23,762 nucleotides of DNA from an uncultured Helicobacteraceae bacterium. Its GTDB lineage: Bacteria; Campylobacterota; Campylobacteria; Campylobacterales; Sulfurimonadaceae. Location of the stretch: NCBI GenBank assembly GCA_947311765.1, contig CAMZLS010000081.1, positions 1-23,762 of the forward strand. Reading direction: 5' to 3'. Positions 8,093-17,443 of this stretch are shown here, one piece after another. Each line of letters starts with the position of its first letter. The stretch's first letter is position 1. The notes under the pieces are model-generated. The model saw only the letters and a list, made by a program, of their open reading frames with translations, was not told the origin of the DNA and ran no database searches. The position numbers and the translations under genes are program-made.

Positions 8093-9154
8093 ATGAAAAA
8101 AGAGTATATATTTCCTTGCGAGCAGTGTGGCGCGAAACTCAACTACTCCGTAGCTACTGGTGAGCTTACTTGCCCTTACTGTTCGCATGTAAATAAGATA
8201 GAGAGAGCTTTTTCTCAAGTTGTAGAGAAAGATTATGAAAAAGCACTCCAAGAGCTAAAAAATTTCAGTGAACATCCAAGTGAGATAACAAGCTCAAAAT
8301 GCCCGACTTGTGCGGCAACTTTTGAGTTAAGTGAAGATATCCACGCCTCAGAGTGCCCTTTTTGTGGCAGTGCAGTTGTCAATGAAGTCTCACGCTACAG
8401 ACCGATAAAACCCCAAGCACTGCTCCCTTTTGCCATAGATAAGAAAAAAGCAAAAATACTTTTCAAAGAGTGGCTCAAAGGGCGATGGTTTGCTCCAAAT
8501 AAACTCAAAGAGTATAGTGCAGAAGATAGTACCTTAGAGGGAATATTTGTGCCGTACTGGACCTATGATGCAGATACTCATAGCCGTTATAGTGGGCGTA
8601 GGGGTGATGCTTACTATGTGAGTGAGAGCTATACAGAAAATGGTGTAAGCAAAACAAGACGAGTTGAAAAGATACGCTGGAGTAGTGTCAGCGGAGAGTT
8701 AAGCAAAAATTTTGATGATGTTTTAGTGGTTGCTACGAATTCACAAACAAATGCTTCGTATAATTGGGATTTGAAAAACTTAGTCGATTATGATGAAGGA
8801 TTTTTAAGTGGCTATGAGAGTGAGGTCTATTCGGTAGAGCTAGATGATGGACTTAAAAGTGCTAAAACAACTATGACATATCACATACGAGAGGCAGTCA
8901 AACGCCAAATAGGAGGCGATAGACAAGAGATAAGCTCATTAAATAGCGACTTTTTCAATATCACTTTCAAGCATATACTCCTCCCAGTCTATGCCTCTGC
9001 TTTCAAGTTTGATGGAAAAGTATATAGCTATATCATCAATGGAAGAAATGGAGAGATAAGCGGAGAGAGACCATATAGTGTTATTAAGATAACTTTTGCG
9101 GTTCTTAGTGCTTTAGTTATAGGTGGTGCGATTTACTATTTTTCAAATCAATAA
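8093..9154 (+). CDS. Double zinc-ribbon protein with a C-terminal transmembrane anchor (YdjG-like partner of SPFH proteins, tentative)
   Basis: Two CxxC...CxxC ribbons (CEQCGAKL..CPYCSH; CPTCAATF..CPFCGS), a central domain, and the C-terminal helix VIKITFAVLSALVIGGAIYYF. Start is 3 nt after the upstream stop. Confidence 0.5.
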   Translation: MKKEYIFPCEQCGAKLNYSVATGELTCPYCSHVNKIERAFSQVVEKDYEKALQELKNFSEHPSEITSSKCPTCAATFELSEDIHASECPFCGSAVVNEVSRYRPIKPQALLPFAIDKKKAKILFKEWLKGRWFAPNKLKEYSAEDSTLEGIFVPYWTYDADTHSRYSGRRGDAYYVSESYTENGVSKTRRVEKIRWSSVSGELSKNFDDVLVVATNSQTNASYNWDLKNLVDYDEGFLSGYESEVYSVELDDGLKSAKTTMTYHIREAVKRQIGGDRQEISSLNSDFFNITFKHILLPVYASAFKFDGKVYSYIINGRNGEISGERPYSVIKITFAVLSALVIGGAIYYFSNQ

Positions 9155-10530
9155 TAAATCTTCATCTTTTCAGGATATGTTATCGTATAAATAACATTCA
9201 TCTTTTTACTTGTATTGCCTTTGATATCGGCTATGATGGTAAGCTTACCCGTTTTTGTATCATACTTATAAGGAAGATCTAGTTTTTCAAGGCTTACTTC
9301 TATCTCTTCTTGTGTTGAGAGTGGGATGCGTTCTGTGATGATAACTTTTTTATCTTTATCAGAACGATTTGTGAGAGTGAGTCTAAAGCCCTCTTTTTTA
9401 ACTCTTGCAGAGCTAAAGATACTCTTGTCTTGAGAAAACTCATGGATAGTCTCTTTTTTTGTTTCCATATCATAATCTATAGCAACATTGAGTAAAATCT
9501 TTGTACCATCCTTGCGAATTGGGGCATTTTCTATGAGTTGTCCTTTGTGACGTACCTTCCACTGTCGTGACTCTATGGTCTGTTTTGGAGTGAAACTTGC
9601 TGTTTTATATACATTGCTACTATTATAAGGGTGCCAAGTGAGTGTAGTGTTGATAGTGAGCTTTTCGCTATCAAGAGGAAGTTTTTTCTCTTTAGCATCT
9701 GAAGCGAGAGTAAGATTTTTGAGGTGGTAGCTTCGCGTCTCTAGTTTTTTTACATGGTAGCTATTTTCAGCAACAGGAGCAGGAGCCGCTGCCATTAGCA
9801 CCATATCTTGTCGCACAGCTCTTTTGGCTTTCATCTGTGCTTGTGCAATACGAATTTTTCTAGGATAAAACTGTGTTGGTGCGCTGATATAGCCTGCTGG
9901 TTTTGCAAAAAGTCTCACTTCTTCTGCCTCTATATCTATGCCAGAGGCATTGCTTAAAAGGAGTGAGTGTTGCAGTTTTGAGCTGTCCATATCCAAAAGA
10001 TATTCACTATGGAAGTAGAGTCCGCGGTTGATAGTGAGTTGTACTTTGGATTTTGGTATATCTGCATAAAAGAGAGGCTCTTTGCTTGGAGCATGTTTGG
10101 AAAACAGAGCACTTGCATTTTGTATCTCTTTTTGAAGATTTTGACTCTCTTGGGCTATTTTTGCCATACGTGAAGCGATTGTGCTTGCTGTTTTTATGGT
10201 ATTTTGAGCATCTATGTTTGTATCTGGAGCGTATTGGGAGATGATGGTATCTAAGATATTTTGCTCTTTTTTGAGTCTATCAAGCCTTACATGTAAGCCT
10301 TGTAGATGAGTGTATTGTGTGCATAGGCTACTCTTTGTCTTACAACTATTTCTTCTTATAAGCCCCAAGGAACCTTCTGAATTTTTAGCTTTTAAGTTTG
10401 TATTAAAACCTATAAAACTCTCTTTGGGTTCGTAGGTATAAAAACTTCTATCAGAGTAGATATCAAGAGATGAAGCAAGGAGTGCGATTTGACTTAGTGA
10501 TATGATGATAACTGAGAGGCGAAGTGACAT
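9148..10530 (-). CDS. Secreted/periplasmic protein of unknown function with a signal peptide and coiled coil; possibly a DUF4139/DUF4140 (MuiA-like) family member
   Basis: N-terminus MSLRLSVIIISLSQIALLASS is a signal peptide. 460 aa with long helical Q/K-rich stretches followed by a beta-rich C-terminal half. The family guess is weak. Convergent 7-nt overlap with the upstream + gene. Confidence 0.55.
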   Translation of the reverse strand: MSLRLSVIIISLSQIALLASSLDIYSDRSFYTYEPKESFIGFNTNLKAKNSEGSLGLIRRNSCKTKSSLCTQYTHLQGLHVRLDRLKKEQNILDTIISQYAPDTNIDAQNTIKTASTIASRMAKIAQESQNLQKEIQNASALFSKHAPSKEPLFYADIPKSKVQLTINRGLYFHSEYLLDMDSSKLQHSLLLSNASGIDIEAEEVRLFAKPAGYISAPTQFYPRKIRIAQAQMKAKRAVRQDMVLMAAAPAPVAENSYHVKKLETRSYHLKNLTLASDAKEKKLPLDSEKLTINTTLTWHPYNSSNVYKTASFTPKQTIESRQWKVRHKGQLIENAPIRKDGTKILLNVAIDYDMETKKETIHEFSQDKSIFSSARVKKEGFRLTLTNRSDKDKKVIITERIPLSTQEEIEVSLEKLDLPYKYDTKTGKLTIIADIKGNTSKKMNVIYTITYPEKMKIYY

Positions 10531-10582
10531 TATAATTTCCTTTAGAGTATAATACCCAATTATTTAATTTATAGGCAAGAAT

Positions 10583-12409
10583 ATGACAAAATTTCTACTC
10601 TACTCTTTTGTGCTCTTTTTTACATTTTTACAAACTCCACTCACCGCTGATGATATCTTTGGTGATTTTATCGCTAAACAGATAGAGATAGAGACACAGT
10701 TTTTAGATAAAAATATGACTTCTAGTAGTGTAGAAAAATTAATGAATGAGCAAAACCGTGATTATCGTACCTTTTTCTTGGCGCTTATCTCAAAAGATAT
10801 GGATGTTTTCAAAGGGACAAAAGATTATAAGCTTGCAGTCTCTACCCTAGAGAGACGCATGAAGATAAATAAACAACGCGGTAACACAAGAGCTTACCTT
10901 CGAGATAAGCTAAAACGAAATACTTATCTTCTTCTACAAAACATCAAAGAGACCTTTGAAGCAGTAAAAACTGCAACAAAGAGCAATACAAAAAAAGAGT
11001 TTGATAAGCGTATAGATTCCATTGTAGCCTCTCGCCATGAAAAAGATGAGACAATAGATATAAAAAAATATAATTTTCTTAAGCAAAGTGGTGATACAAG
11101 TGAAATGACACAAAAGATTCGTGCCAATTTTATCGAAAATCAGGCAGTTTTAAATATTCACAATATGATAAGTTCAGAGCTTGTACGCTTTAAATCACCT
11201 CTGTATGATGCTGTAAAACTCTCCTCTTTTGGCTTGGTATCGCTAGGGTATAAAATTAACACAAGCACATATGGAAGTAAACTCAATACTTATATCTCTT
11301 GGAGTGGTTTAGATAGTGCAAAAATTATTTTTATATTTTTCTTTTTACTTGTCTTGTATTTCGCTAGAAAATTGGTAGTTTTCCTCTCTGGTAAATTTTT
11401 GAAAAACTTTTTTGAAAAATCTGATGATATTAGTTTTATTATAAATAGTATCTCTGGTGTGGTAAGTCTTATTGTTATCGTTGTGAGTATTGATGTTGTG
11501 GTGAAGATATATGCAGGTTTTATGGATGCACCGTGGATACGTTTGAGTTTTAGTATCGCTTATACTGTCTTGATTACCTATCTTGTGCAAAAACTTATCA
11601 GCGCGGTAGCAACACTCAAGATAGAGCAGTTTAGGCGTTCAGAGTATCTGCGTCATGAGGTTATCAACCTTGCTATGCGTGTGCTCAATATTTTTATCTA
11701 TATCATCGGTTTAGTTGTGGTTTTAAATCTTTTTGATGTTGATTTAAGTGCTATCCTTTCTGGTCTTGGAATTGGTGGATTTGCCGTTGCTTTTGCGGCC
11801 AAAGATACTATTGCAAATTTCTTCGGTTCTGTCTCTATTTTGATGGGTGACCTTTTTGAACAAGGTGATTGGATAGCGGTAGATGGCTATGAGGGAACAG
11901 TCGTTGAAATTGGCTTACGCGCAACAACTATACGAACCTTTGACAATGCTATGATTGCCATTCCTAACTTTAAACTTGTGGATAATGGACTGAGAAATTG
12001 GAGCAAACGCCTTCTTGGTCGCCGTATCAAAATGCACATTGGTGTGACTTATGAGTCAGATTTTAAGGATATAAAAAAAGCTATTGATGAGATACGCCAG
12101 ATGTTAATCGAGCATAAAGATATAGCAAACTCAAATCAAGAAACACTCGCCCCAGAACGTTACGCCCGCTTAGTCTCAAGAGAAGACTATAGAGGTGTCA
12201 AGCGTACTATGCTTGTCTATATGGATAAATTTTCAGATTCAAGTATAGATATCTTGATTTACTGCTACTCTCGCTCTGTTGTCTGGAATGAGTGGTTAGC
12301 AACCAAAGAGGATGTAATGTATAAAATCGCAGAGATACTAGAGAAAAACAATCTCTCCTTTGCTTATCCTGCTCTAGCTATTCATCAAGTACAAGAGCAG
12401 TCTTTTTAA
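10583..12409 (+). CDS. mscS: Mechanosensitive ion channel, MscS family (large N-terminal periplasmic domain type)
   Basis: Signal-like N-terminus, multiple TM helices, and the MscS pore/beta-domain signature (GDWIAVDGYEGTVVEIGLRATTIRTFDNAMIAIPNFKLVDNGLRNWSK). Confidence 0.9.
   Translation: MTKFLLYSFVLFFTFLQTPLTADDIFGDFIAKQIEIETQFLDKNMTSSSVEKLMNEQNRDYRTFFLALISKDMDVFKGTKDYKLAVSTLERRMKINKQRGNTRAYLRDKLKRNTYLLLQNIKETFEAVKTATKSNTKKEFDKRIDSIVASRHEKDETIDIKKYNFLKQSGDTSEMTQKIRANFIENQAVLNIHNMISSELVRFKSPLYDAVKLSSFGLVSLGYKINTSTYGSKLNTYISWSGLDSAKIIFIFFFLLVLYFARKLVVFLSGKFLKNFFEKSDDISFIINSISGVVSLIVIVVSIDVVVKIYAGFMDAPWIRLSFSIAYTVLITYLVQKLISAVATLKIEQFRRSEYLRHEVINLAMRVLNIFIYIIGLVVVLNLFDVDLSAILSGLGIGGFAVAFAAKDTIANFFGSVSILMGDLFEQGDWIAVDGYEGTVVEIGLRATTIRTFDNAMIAIPNFKLVDNGLRNWSKRLLGRRIKMHIGVTYESDFKDIKKAIDEIRQMLIEHKDIANSNQETLAPERYARLVSREDYRGVKRTMLVYMDKFSDSSIDILIYCYSRSVVWNEWLATKEDVMYKIAEILEKNNLSFAYPALAIHQVQEQSF
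12329..12396 (+). repeat. Direct repeat copy 1 (inside the 3' end of mscS), 68 bp
   Basis: Identical except for 1 nt to 15537..15604. Confidence 0.85.
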
Positions 12410-12754
12410 ATAAATTTGTGTTGAATGCCTTTTTTATTCGACCATATTACATATACAACACCTAGCACCATACTTATTGCTATAAAAATTTCTAATAATT
12501 ATTTACCCATTTCTTGCCCCTTTTTATAGGGTTAAGCAAAAAGTGTTCTTGATACTGGAATGGGCTAGTAGATTTAATTATAGAATACACAATAAATAAA
12601 CTTAAGGCATTTTTTAAATCTTAAAAATGGCTATAAAGAAAACTAGCTACTTCTGGTTATTGAATTTGCAAGTGGCTCTTTAGTAATTAATAATATTAGT
12701 TATGTTAAAGTATTTATGTGATTTTATATCATAATAAATATATAAGGGGTTAAA

Positions 12755-14729
12755 ATGAAATCTACTAAAATGGGGGGGGGCACTTTTTGTCCTATTGATA
12801 TCATTGCAGTGTAATGCGATAGCTGATAACCAAAATGTACTTAATGCAAAAGCAAAAACTTTTGAGAATGTATCCTTAGATATCGCACAAAGAGATGTTT
12901 TTTTATTAGAGTTAAATGAAAAATATAAAGTTAAGGATGTTGCCAATAAAGTGTCCACAAAATTACTAAAAGTATTGTTGGATAATAAAACAATAAATAT
13001 AGCAGTTGACCTTTTTATTAGTGATGATGTAAATGATTTTACATATACAAAAAATAACAAATATATTAACGCACAAGCAACATATACTTTTAATTTAGAT
13101 ACTAACAAATCGTCATATACTTTAAATGGTGAAAAAAGTATTGATGATTCTATTGCTCAGTATATGGTTGCACAAGAGTTCTTTTTTGCAGAAAAAAAGA
13201 GACTTCGAGAAGAGAAGCGTCAGAAAAATATTAAAAAAATTACTTTAATTTTAAAAAATAATAAGAAAATAAACGCTTTATTAAGTTCTACGTCTGATTA
13301 TGTGAGCATTAATCTTGATAAACATGAACTAGCAAAGCTTCTTAAAGAGGCTGGAGATGCAATTAACGCATATGATATCCATAGTAAATTAACACCATCA
13401 AATACTGCTGCAGAGTGGGATAATAGTCGTAATGGATATTTACAAGGAGTTTCTATAACACAAATGCATGGAGTATGGAATGATTACTTTCCAAATACTA
13501 GAGGTGAAAATATTGCTATTTATTACTCAGATGCACATTGCCCCAATAATGGAAATGATTTGTATTATGGCTATGTTGCAACAACAGGAGCTTGCCAAGA
13601 AGTAGGAAACCTTAACGATGAGGACACAGGTGCAGGGTATCATACACGAATTATAACTGGAATTCTTAGTACAGTTGCTAATGAAGTGAATTTGCTTTGT
13701 AATGATCATGCTAGAGATAGCAGTGATGTAGATAGCCGTTTACCAACTGCTATGGGAAATATAAATATTGAAACATATAGTTTAAATAACTATAATGATA
13801 ATACCTTATCATACAAAAATATTGATGTTGCATTTGATCACCATGCATTTAATAATCGTACAATTCCAGTATTTGTATCAGCTGGTAATAAATTGGATGA
13901 ACTGAATCCAGACAATCACGTTTTATCTCCAGCAAAAGCTTTTAATATTACTACTGTAGGTTCGTACGGGAGAGATGCTGTAGCTGGTACTTTAAGTTGG
14001 TCGAACTTTTCAAGCAATGTTAATCCTGAGACTATAATTGGAAATAGGACTATTCAAAAACCTGAAGTGTCTGGACCAGGAGAACATTTCCATTGTGCTG
14101 ATATTGTAGGTGATGATAGTTGTCATGAACTCTTTAATGAAGATTCTGGAACAAGTTTTGCAACTCCATGGATTGCGGCTATGGCTGCAGATGCTATGTC
14201 TCGTGGGTCATACTGGAGAAGTAGTGCAGCTATGGTCAAAGCTTTAGTTATTTCTGGTGCTTCAGACCCAATTGCAGGTACAAGAGATGAAGTAGGTGAA
14301 GGTGGGGTTGATCTTTTTACAATGACTTGGCAAAATACTAATAGTGGTTATTGGTATGATGCAAATCCTTCAGAGCCATTTAGTGGTACTAATCCAAGCC
14401 AGTTTGATTATAATAACAACTGCTTTACTAATTGGCAAACTCAATTATATGATGGAAGAGATCAACGGATAGTTATTTCTTGGCTTAATGATATTACTAA
14501 TGCCACAACATTGAGTAATATACCAAATAGCTATAGCTTAGAACTGATTAACTCAAATGGTTCTGTTGTTGAAAGCACTTCAGAAGATACACAAGGGTAC
14601 CAAATTATAAATACTAATCAGCCCGCAGGACTTTATACTGTTAGGGTGTGTAAGCTTAGACAGAATTCCTCTCAACGTTTTGATATGGGATTTTCAGTAT
14701 CACAAAGGACAACTCAATGGTGGGATTAA
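12755..14729 (+). CDS. Subtilisin-like (S8 family) serine peptidase with a signal peptide. It is frameshifted at a G9 tract in this sequence (phase OFF); it is in frame with G8 or G11. The in-frame portion begins at TTG 12795
   Basis: SD AAGGGG (12744-12749) is 5 nt upstream of ATG 12755. With 9 G the reading MKSTKMGGGTFCPIDIIAV stops. Removing one G gives MKSTKMGGALFVLLISLQCNA|IADNQ..., a signal peptide continuous with the 644-aa ORF. S8 motifs: FVSAGNKLD (oxyanion Asn) and DSGTSFATPWIAAMAA (catalytic Ser). Confidence 0.7.
12772..12780 (+). repeat. Homopolymeric G9 tract (candidate slipped-strand phase-variation switch) in the 5' coding region of the S8 protease
   Basis: Seen directly. Nine consecutive G in a genome segment of about 33% GC. 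Confidence 0.9.
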
Positions 14730-15508
14730 TAAATTTTACAAGTAAGACACTTTTAAGTATTTTACTTTTTATAATTATTTTTTTAGTTTCTGGATGCGGT
14801 GAAGATACTAAGTCTTCTTGTTCAAATAACTCTAATCTTAGTCGTAATGATGCGGGATACTATGGAGAAGATGTATATTTTGGTGGTCATAAGATTTTGG
14901 GAATATGGAGAACTGGTTTGAACTACCAAGAAAATAATTTTTTTAATATAGATGGGACTATGATTTATGAACGTGGAAGAATATATCGAAAGGTTTATCC
15001 ACAATATGGTGTAAGCGAGGATGGTAATGTGCTAAATATTATTGATGAAAATAATAATACTGAACATTATATATATATAAAATCAAATACTAACTGCTTT
15101 AGTGTTCTTAAAAAATCAACACAAAAAGAAATACAGTTTTGTAAATACGAGACGTTAAGTTTTATTGATAACTCATTGAGAAAAAATACTGAACTTGGTT
15201 TTTTTGGTTACGCAACACTATTTGGGTATGAACGTATAGTAGGGTCATGGAAATATATCCCAATTAATGGTGCATATACAGAAATTTTTGATTTTAAAGA
15301 AGATGGTAGTGGCTTTAAAAGGGTAGTGACAATATATGGTGGAAAGGAAGAGCATATTCCATTTCATTATGGAGTTAGTCAAGATGGTAAAGAGCTAGAT
15401 CTTCAGATGGCAGATGATTCTATAGAAATATATCAACTTGTTAGCACATTTGAGGGTTGTTATAAAATGATACATCAAGATGTAGAATATAAATTATGCA
15501 AACCCTGA
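14717..15508 (+). CDS. Lipoprotein of unknown function
   Basis: Signal peptide plus lipobox (LLFIIIFLVSGC). The 13-nt overlap with the protease stop suggests translational coupling. No recognisable domain. Confidence 0.6.
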   Translation: MVGLINFTSKTLLSILLFIIIFLVSGCGEDTKSSCSNNSNLSRNDAGYYGEDVYFGGHKILGIWRTGLNYQENNFFNIDGTMIYERGRIYRKVYPQYGVSEDGNVLNIIDENNNTEHYIYIKSNTNCFSVLKKSTQKEIQFCKYETLSFIDNSLRKNTELGFFGYATLFGYERIVGSWKYIPINGAYTEIFDFKEDGSGFKRVVTIYGGKEEHIPFHYGVSQDGKELDLQMADDSIEIYQLVSTFEGCYKMIHQDVEYKLCKP

Positions 15509-15536
15509 TTTTTTCAGAGTTTATCTTAAAGCTATT

Positions 15537-15604
15537 GCAGAGATACTAGAGAAAAACAATCTCTCCTTCGCTTATCCTGCTCTAGCTATTCATCAAGTAC
15601 AAGA
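15537..15604 (+). repeat. Direct repeat copy 2 (displaced mscS 3' end remnant), 68 bp
   Basis: Matches 12329..12396 with one mismatch (T/C). In-frame remnant ...AIHQVQE then a stop. Confidence 0.85.
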
Positions 15605-15621
15605 ATAATTTAACAAACATT

Positions 15622-15661
15622 TACCTCTAAGGAGTACACTTCGCTTATCAATTTAGAGGTA
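15622..15661 (+). promoter_or_regulatory. Hairpin (9-bp stem TACCTCTAA / TTAGAGGTA, 22-nt loop) immediately upstream of moxR; the 3' arm contains the moxR SD (AGAGGT)
   Basis: The inverted repeat is seen directly. A perfect AAGGAG sits in the loop, 30 nt from the ATG. Function is unknown; it could be a terminator, an occluded RBS, or an att-core remnant. Confidence 0.35.
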
Positions 15662-15665
15662 TTAC

Positions 15666-16613
15666 ATGTATAAAAAAATAGAAGCAATAAAATCAGAAAT
15701 TTCAAAAGTAGTAGTTGGTCAAGATAAGATGATTGACGGATTATTAATCGGTCTTTTATGTGAAGGGCATATTCTTATAGAGGGTATTCCAGGTCTTGCT
15801 AAGACAACTACAGTTAAAGCACTTTCCGAGAGTTTGGGTCTTGGGTTTAAGCGTGTTCAGTTTACCCCTGACTTGTTGCCATCAGATATTTTAGGAGCAG
15901 AGATTTATGATCCTAAGAGTAATGAGTTTAAAATCAAACACGGTCCAATTTTTACAAACCTTCTCCTTGCAGATGAGATTAACCGTGCACCAGCAAAGGT
16001 ACAATCAGCACTGCTTGAAGTGATGCAAGAGCGTCAAGTGACTATTGGTGAAGAGAGTTTTAAACTTACTCCTCCATTTTTTGTTATGGCTACGCAAAAT
16101 CCAATAGAACAAGAGGGTGTCTATCAACTTCCAGAAGCGCAACTAGACCGTTTTATGATGAAGCTTAATATTGGCTATAACACGCAAGAAGAAGAGTTAG
16201 AGATAGCAAGACGTATCGCCAACAAACAGAGTGAAACAATAAAAGCTGTCGTAACACTCGAAGAGATTGAAGCACTCAAACAAGCAGTCTCTGAAGTGCA
16301 TGTAGATGAAGAGGTCGAAAAATACATTATTGAACTTGTTCAAGCTACGCGTAATCCTGAAAACTATGGTTTAAAAGAGATGAAAGAGCATATTCAGTTT
16401 GGTGCTTCTCCTCGTGTAAGTATTGATATGTTCAAGGCCGTTAAAGCGATGGCATATCTTCGTGGCAAAGATTTTGTAACACCTGTTGATATCGCTTATA
16501 TTGCCAAAGATATGATGCGCCACCGTATCGTTTTGAGCTATGAAGCAGAAGCAGAAGGTATCACAACTGACCAGATTATAGAAAATGTACTCAAAGCGGT
16601 GCCTATCCCCTAA
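15666..16613 (+). CDS. moxR: MoxR-family AAA+ ATPase
   Basis: Walker A GIPGLAKTT, Walker B LLADEINRA, sensor and arginine-finger regions. Canonical MoxR length (315 aa). Confidence 0.95.
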   Translation: MYKKIEAIKSEISKVVVGQDKMIDGLLIGLLCEGHILIEGIPGLAKTTTVKALSESLGLGFKRVQFTPDLLPSDILGAEIYDPKSNEFKIKHGPIFTNLLLADEINRAPAKVQSALLEVMQERQVTIGEESFKLTPPFFVMATQNPIEQEGVYQLPEAQLDRFMMKLNIGYNTQEEELEIARRIANKQSETIKAVVTLEEIEALKQAVSEVHVDEEVEKYIIELVQATRNPENYGLKEMKEHIQFGASPRVSIDMFKAVKAMAYLRGKDFVTPVDIAYIAKDMMRHRIVLSYEAEAEGITTDQIIENVLKAVPIP

Positions 16614-17443
16614 TGTCAAAGCTTCAAAAAATCCTTGTCCGCGCACGCCGACAAGTCTTTTCAGAGATGGTGGGAAACAATCCTTCTATCTTTCAAGGCG
16701 AGGGTTACGATTTTATCGAGATGCGTGAATACAATCACGGAGATGATATTCGCCATATTGATTGGAATGTTACCGCGAAGATGCAGCGTCCCTACATCAA
16801 AATTTTTCGTGAAGAGCGAGAGTTAAATGTAGTGATGGCATCTATGCTTAATGGTTCCGTTCACTTTGGAAGTAAGAAGTTCAAACAAGAGACTATTGCG
16901 GAGCTTGTTGCGCTGCTTAGTTTCTCAGTTTTACGCAATGGCGACTTGTTGAGTCACTATATCTTTGCTGATAAGATGTATCAAAATGATAAGCCTAGTA
17001 AAAAGATGTTTGCAGTGCAAAAGTATGTAGAGTCTATTTTAGAATTTGATGCTTTAAATAAAAAAGCAGATTATAAAATGATGGCAGACACTCTCTATAA
17101 ACGTCTTAAAAGAAAATCACTGCTTATTATCATAGGTGACTTTTTCGAGATACCTGATTTTCGTCTTTTGGCGAAAAAACATGAAGTTATTGCGGTAATT
17201 GTTCGTGATAAATTAGAAGAAAATCCTCCAGTGATGGGTTTTAGCTCACTAAGTGATCCAGAATCAGGGCAGATGCTAGAGGGTGATTTTAACCGCAGTA
17301 GTGTAAATGCTTATGCGCAAAAAGTGGCAGAGCATGACCGTAAACTGTTTGAGCGTTTTCGTAAAGATCAGGTACATTTTACAAAAATATATACAGACGA
17401 TGTAGCAAGTGTGAAGCTCCGTCGTCTCTTTGAGGGGAGATAA
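16613..17443 (+). CDS. DUF58 domain protein (MoxR partner, VWA-like)
   Basis: DUF58 signature GDDIRHIDWNVTAKMQRPYIKIFREERELNVVM. TAATG stop/start overlap with moxR. Confidence 0.85.
   Translation: MSKLQKILVRARRQVFSEMVGNNPSIFQGEGYDFIEMREYNHGDDIRHIDWNVTAKMQRPYIKIFREERELNVVMASMLNGSVHFGSKKFKQETIAELVALLSFSVLRNGDLLSHYIFADKMYQNDKPSKKMFAVQKYVESILEFDALNKKADYKMMADTLYKRLKRKSLLIIIGDFFEIPDFRLLAKKHEVIAVIVRDKLEENPPVMGFSSLSDPESGQMLEGDFNRSSVNAYAQKVAEHDRKLFERFRKDQVHFTKIYTDDVASVKLRRLFEGR

Larger units (their letters stand above)
12397..15536 (+). mobile_element. Putative inserted islet (about 3.1 kb) between duplicated mscS 3' ends; carries a phase-variable S8 protease and a lipoprotein; no integrase or transposase present
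   Basis: It is bounded by the 68-bp direct repeat. Copy 2 still encodes the MscS C-terminal peptide AEILEKNNLSFAYPALAIHQVQE followed by a stop. This resembles att-site duplication after insertion into a gene 3' end. Confidence 0.5.
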
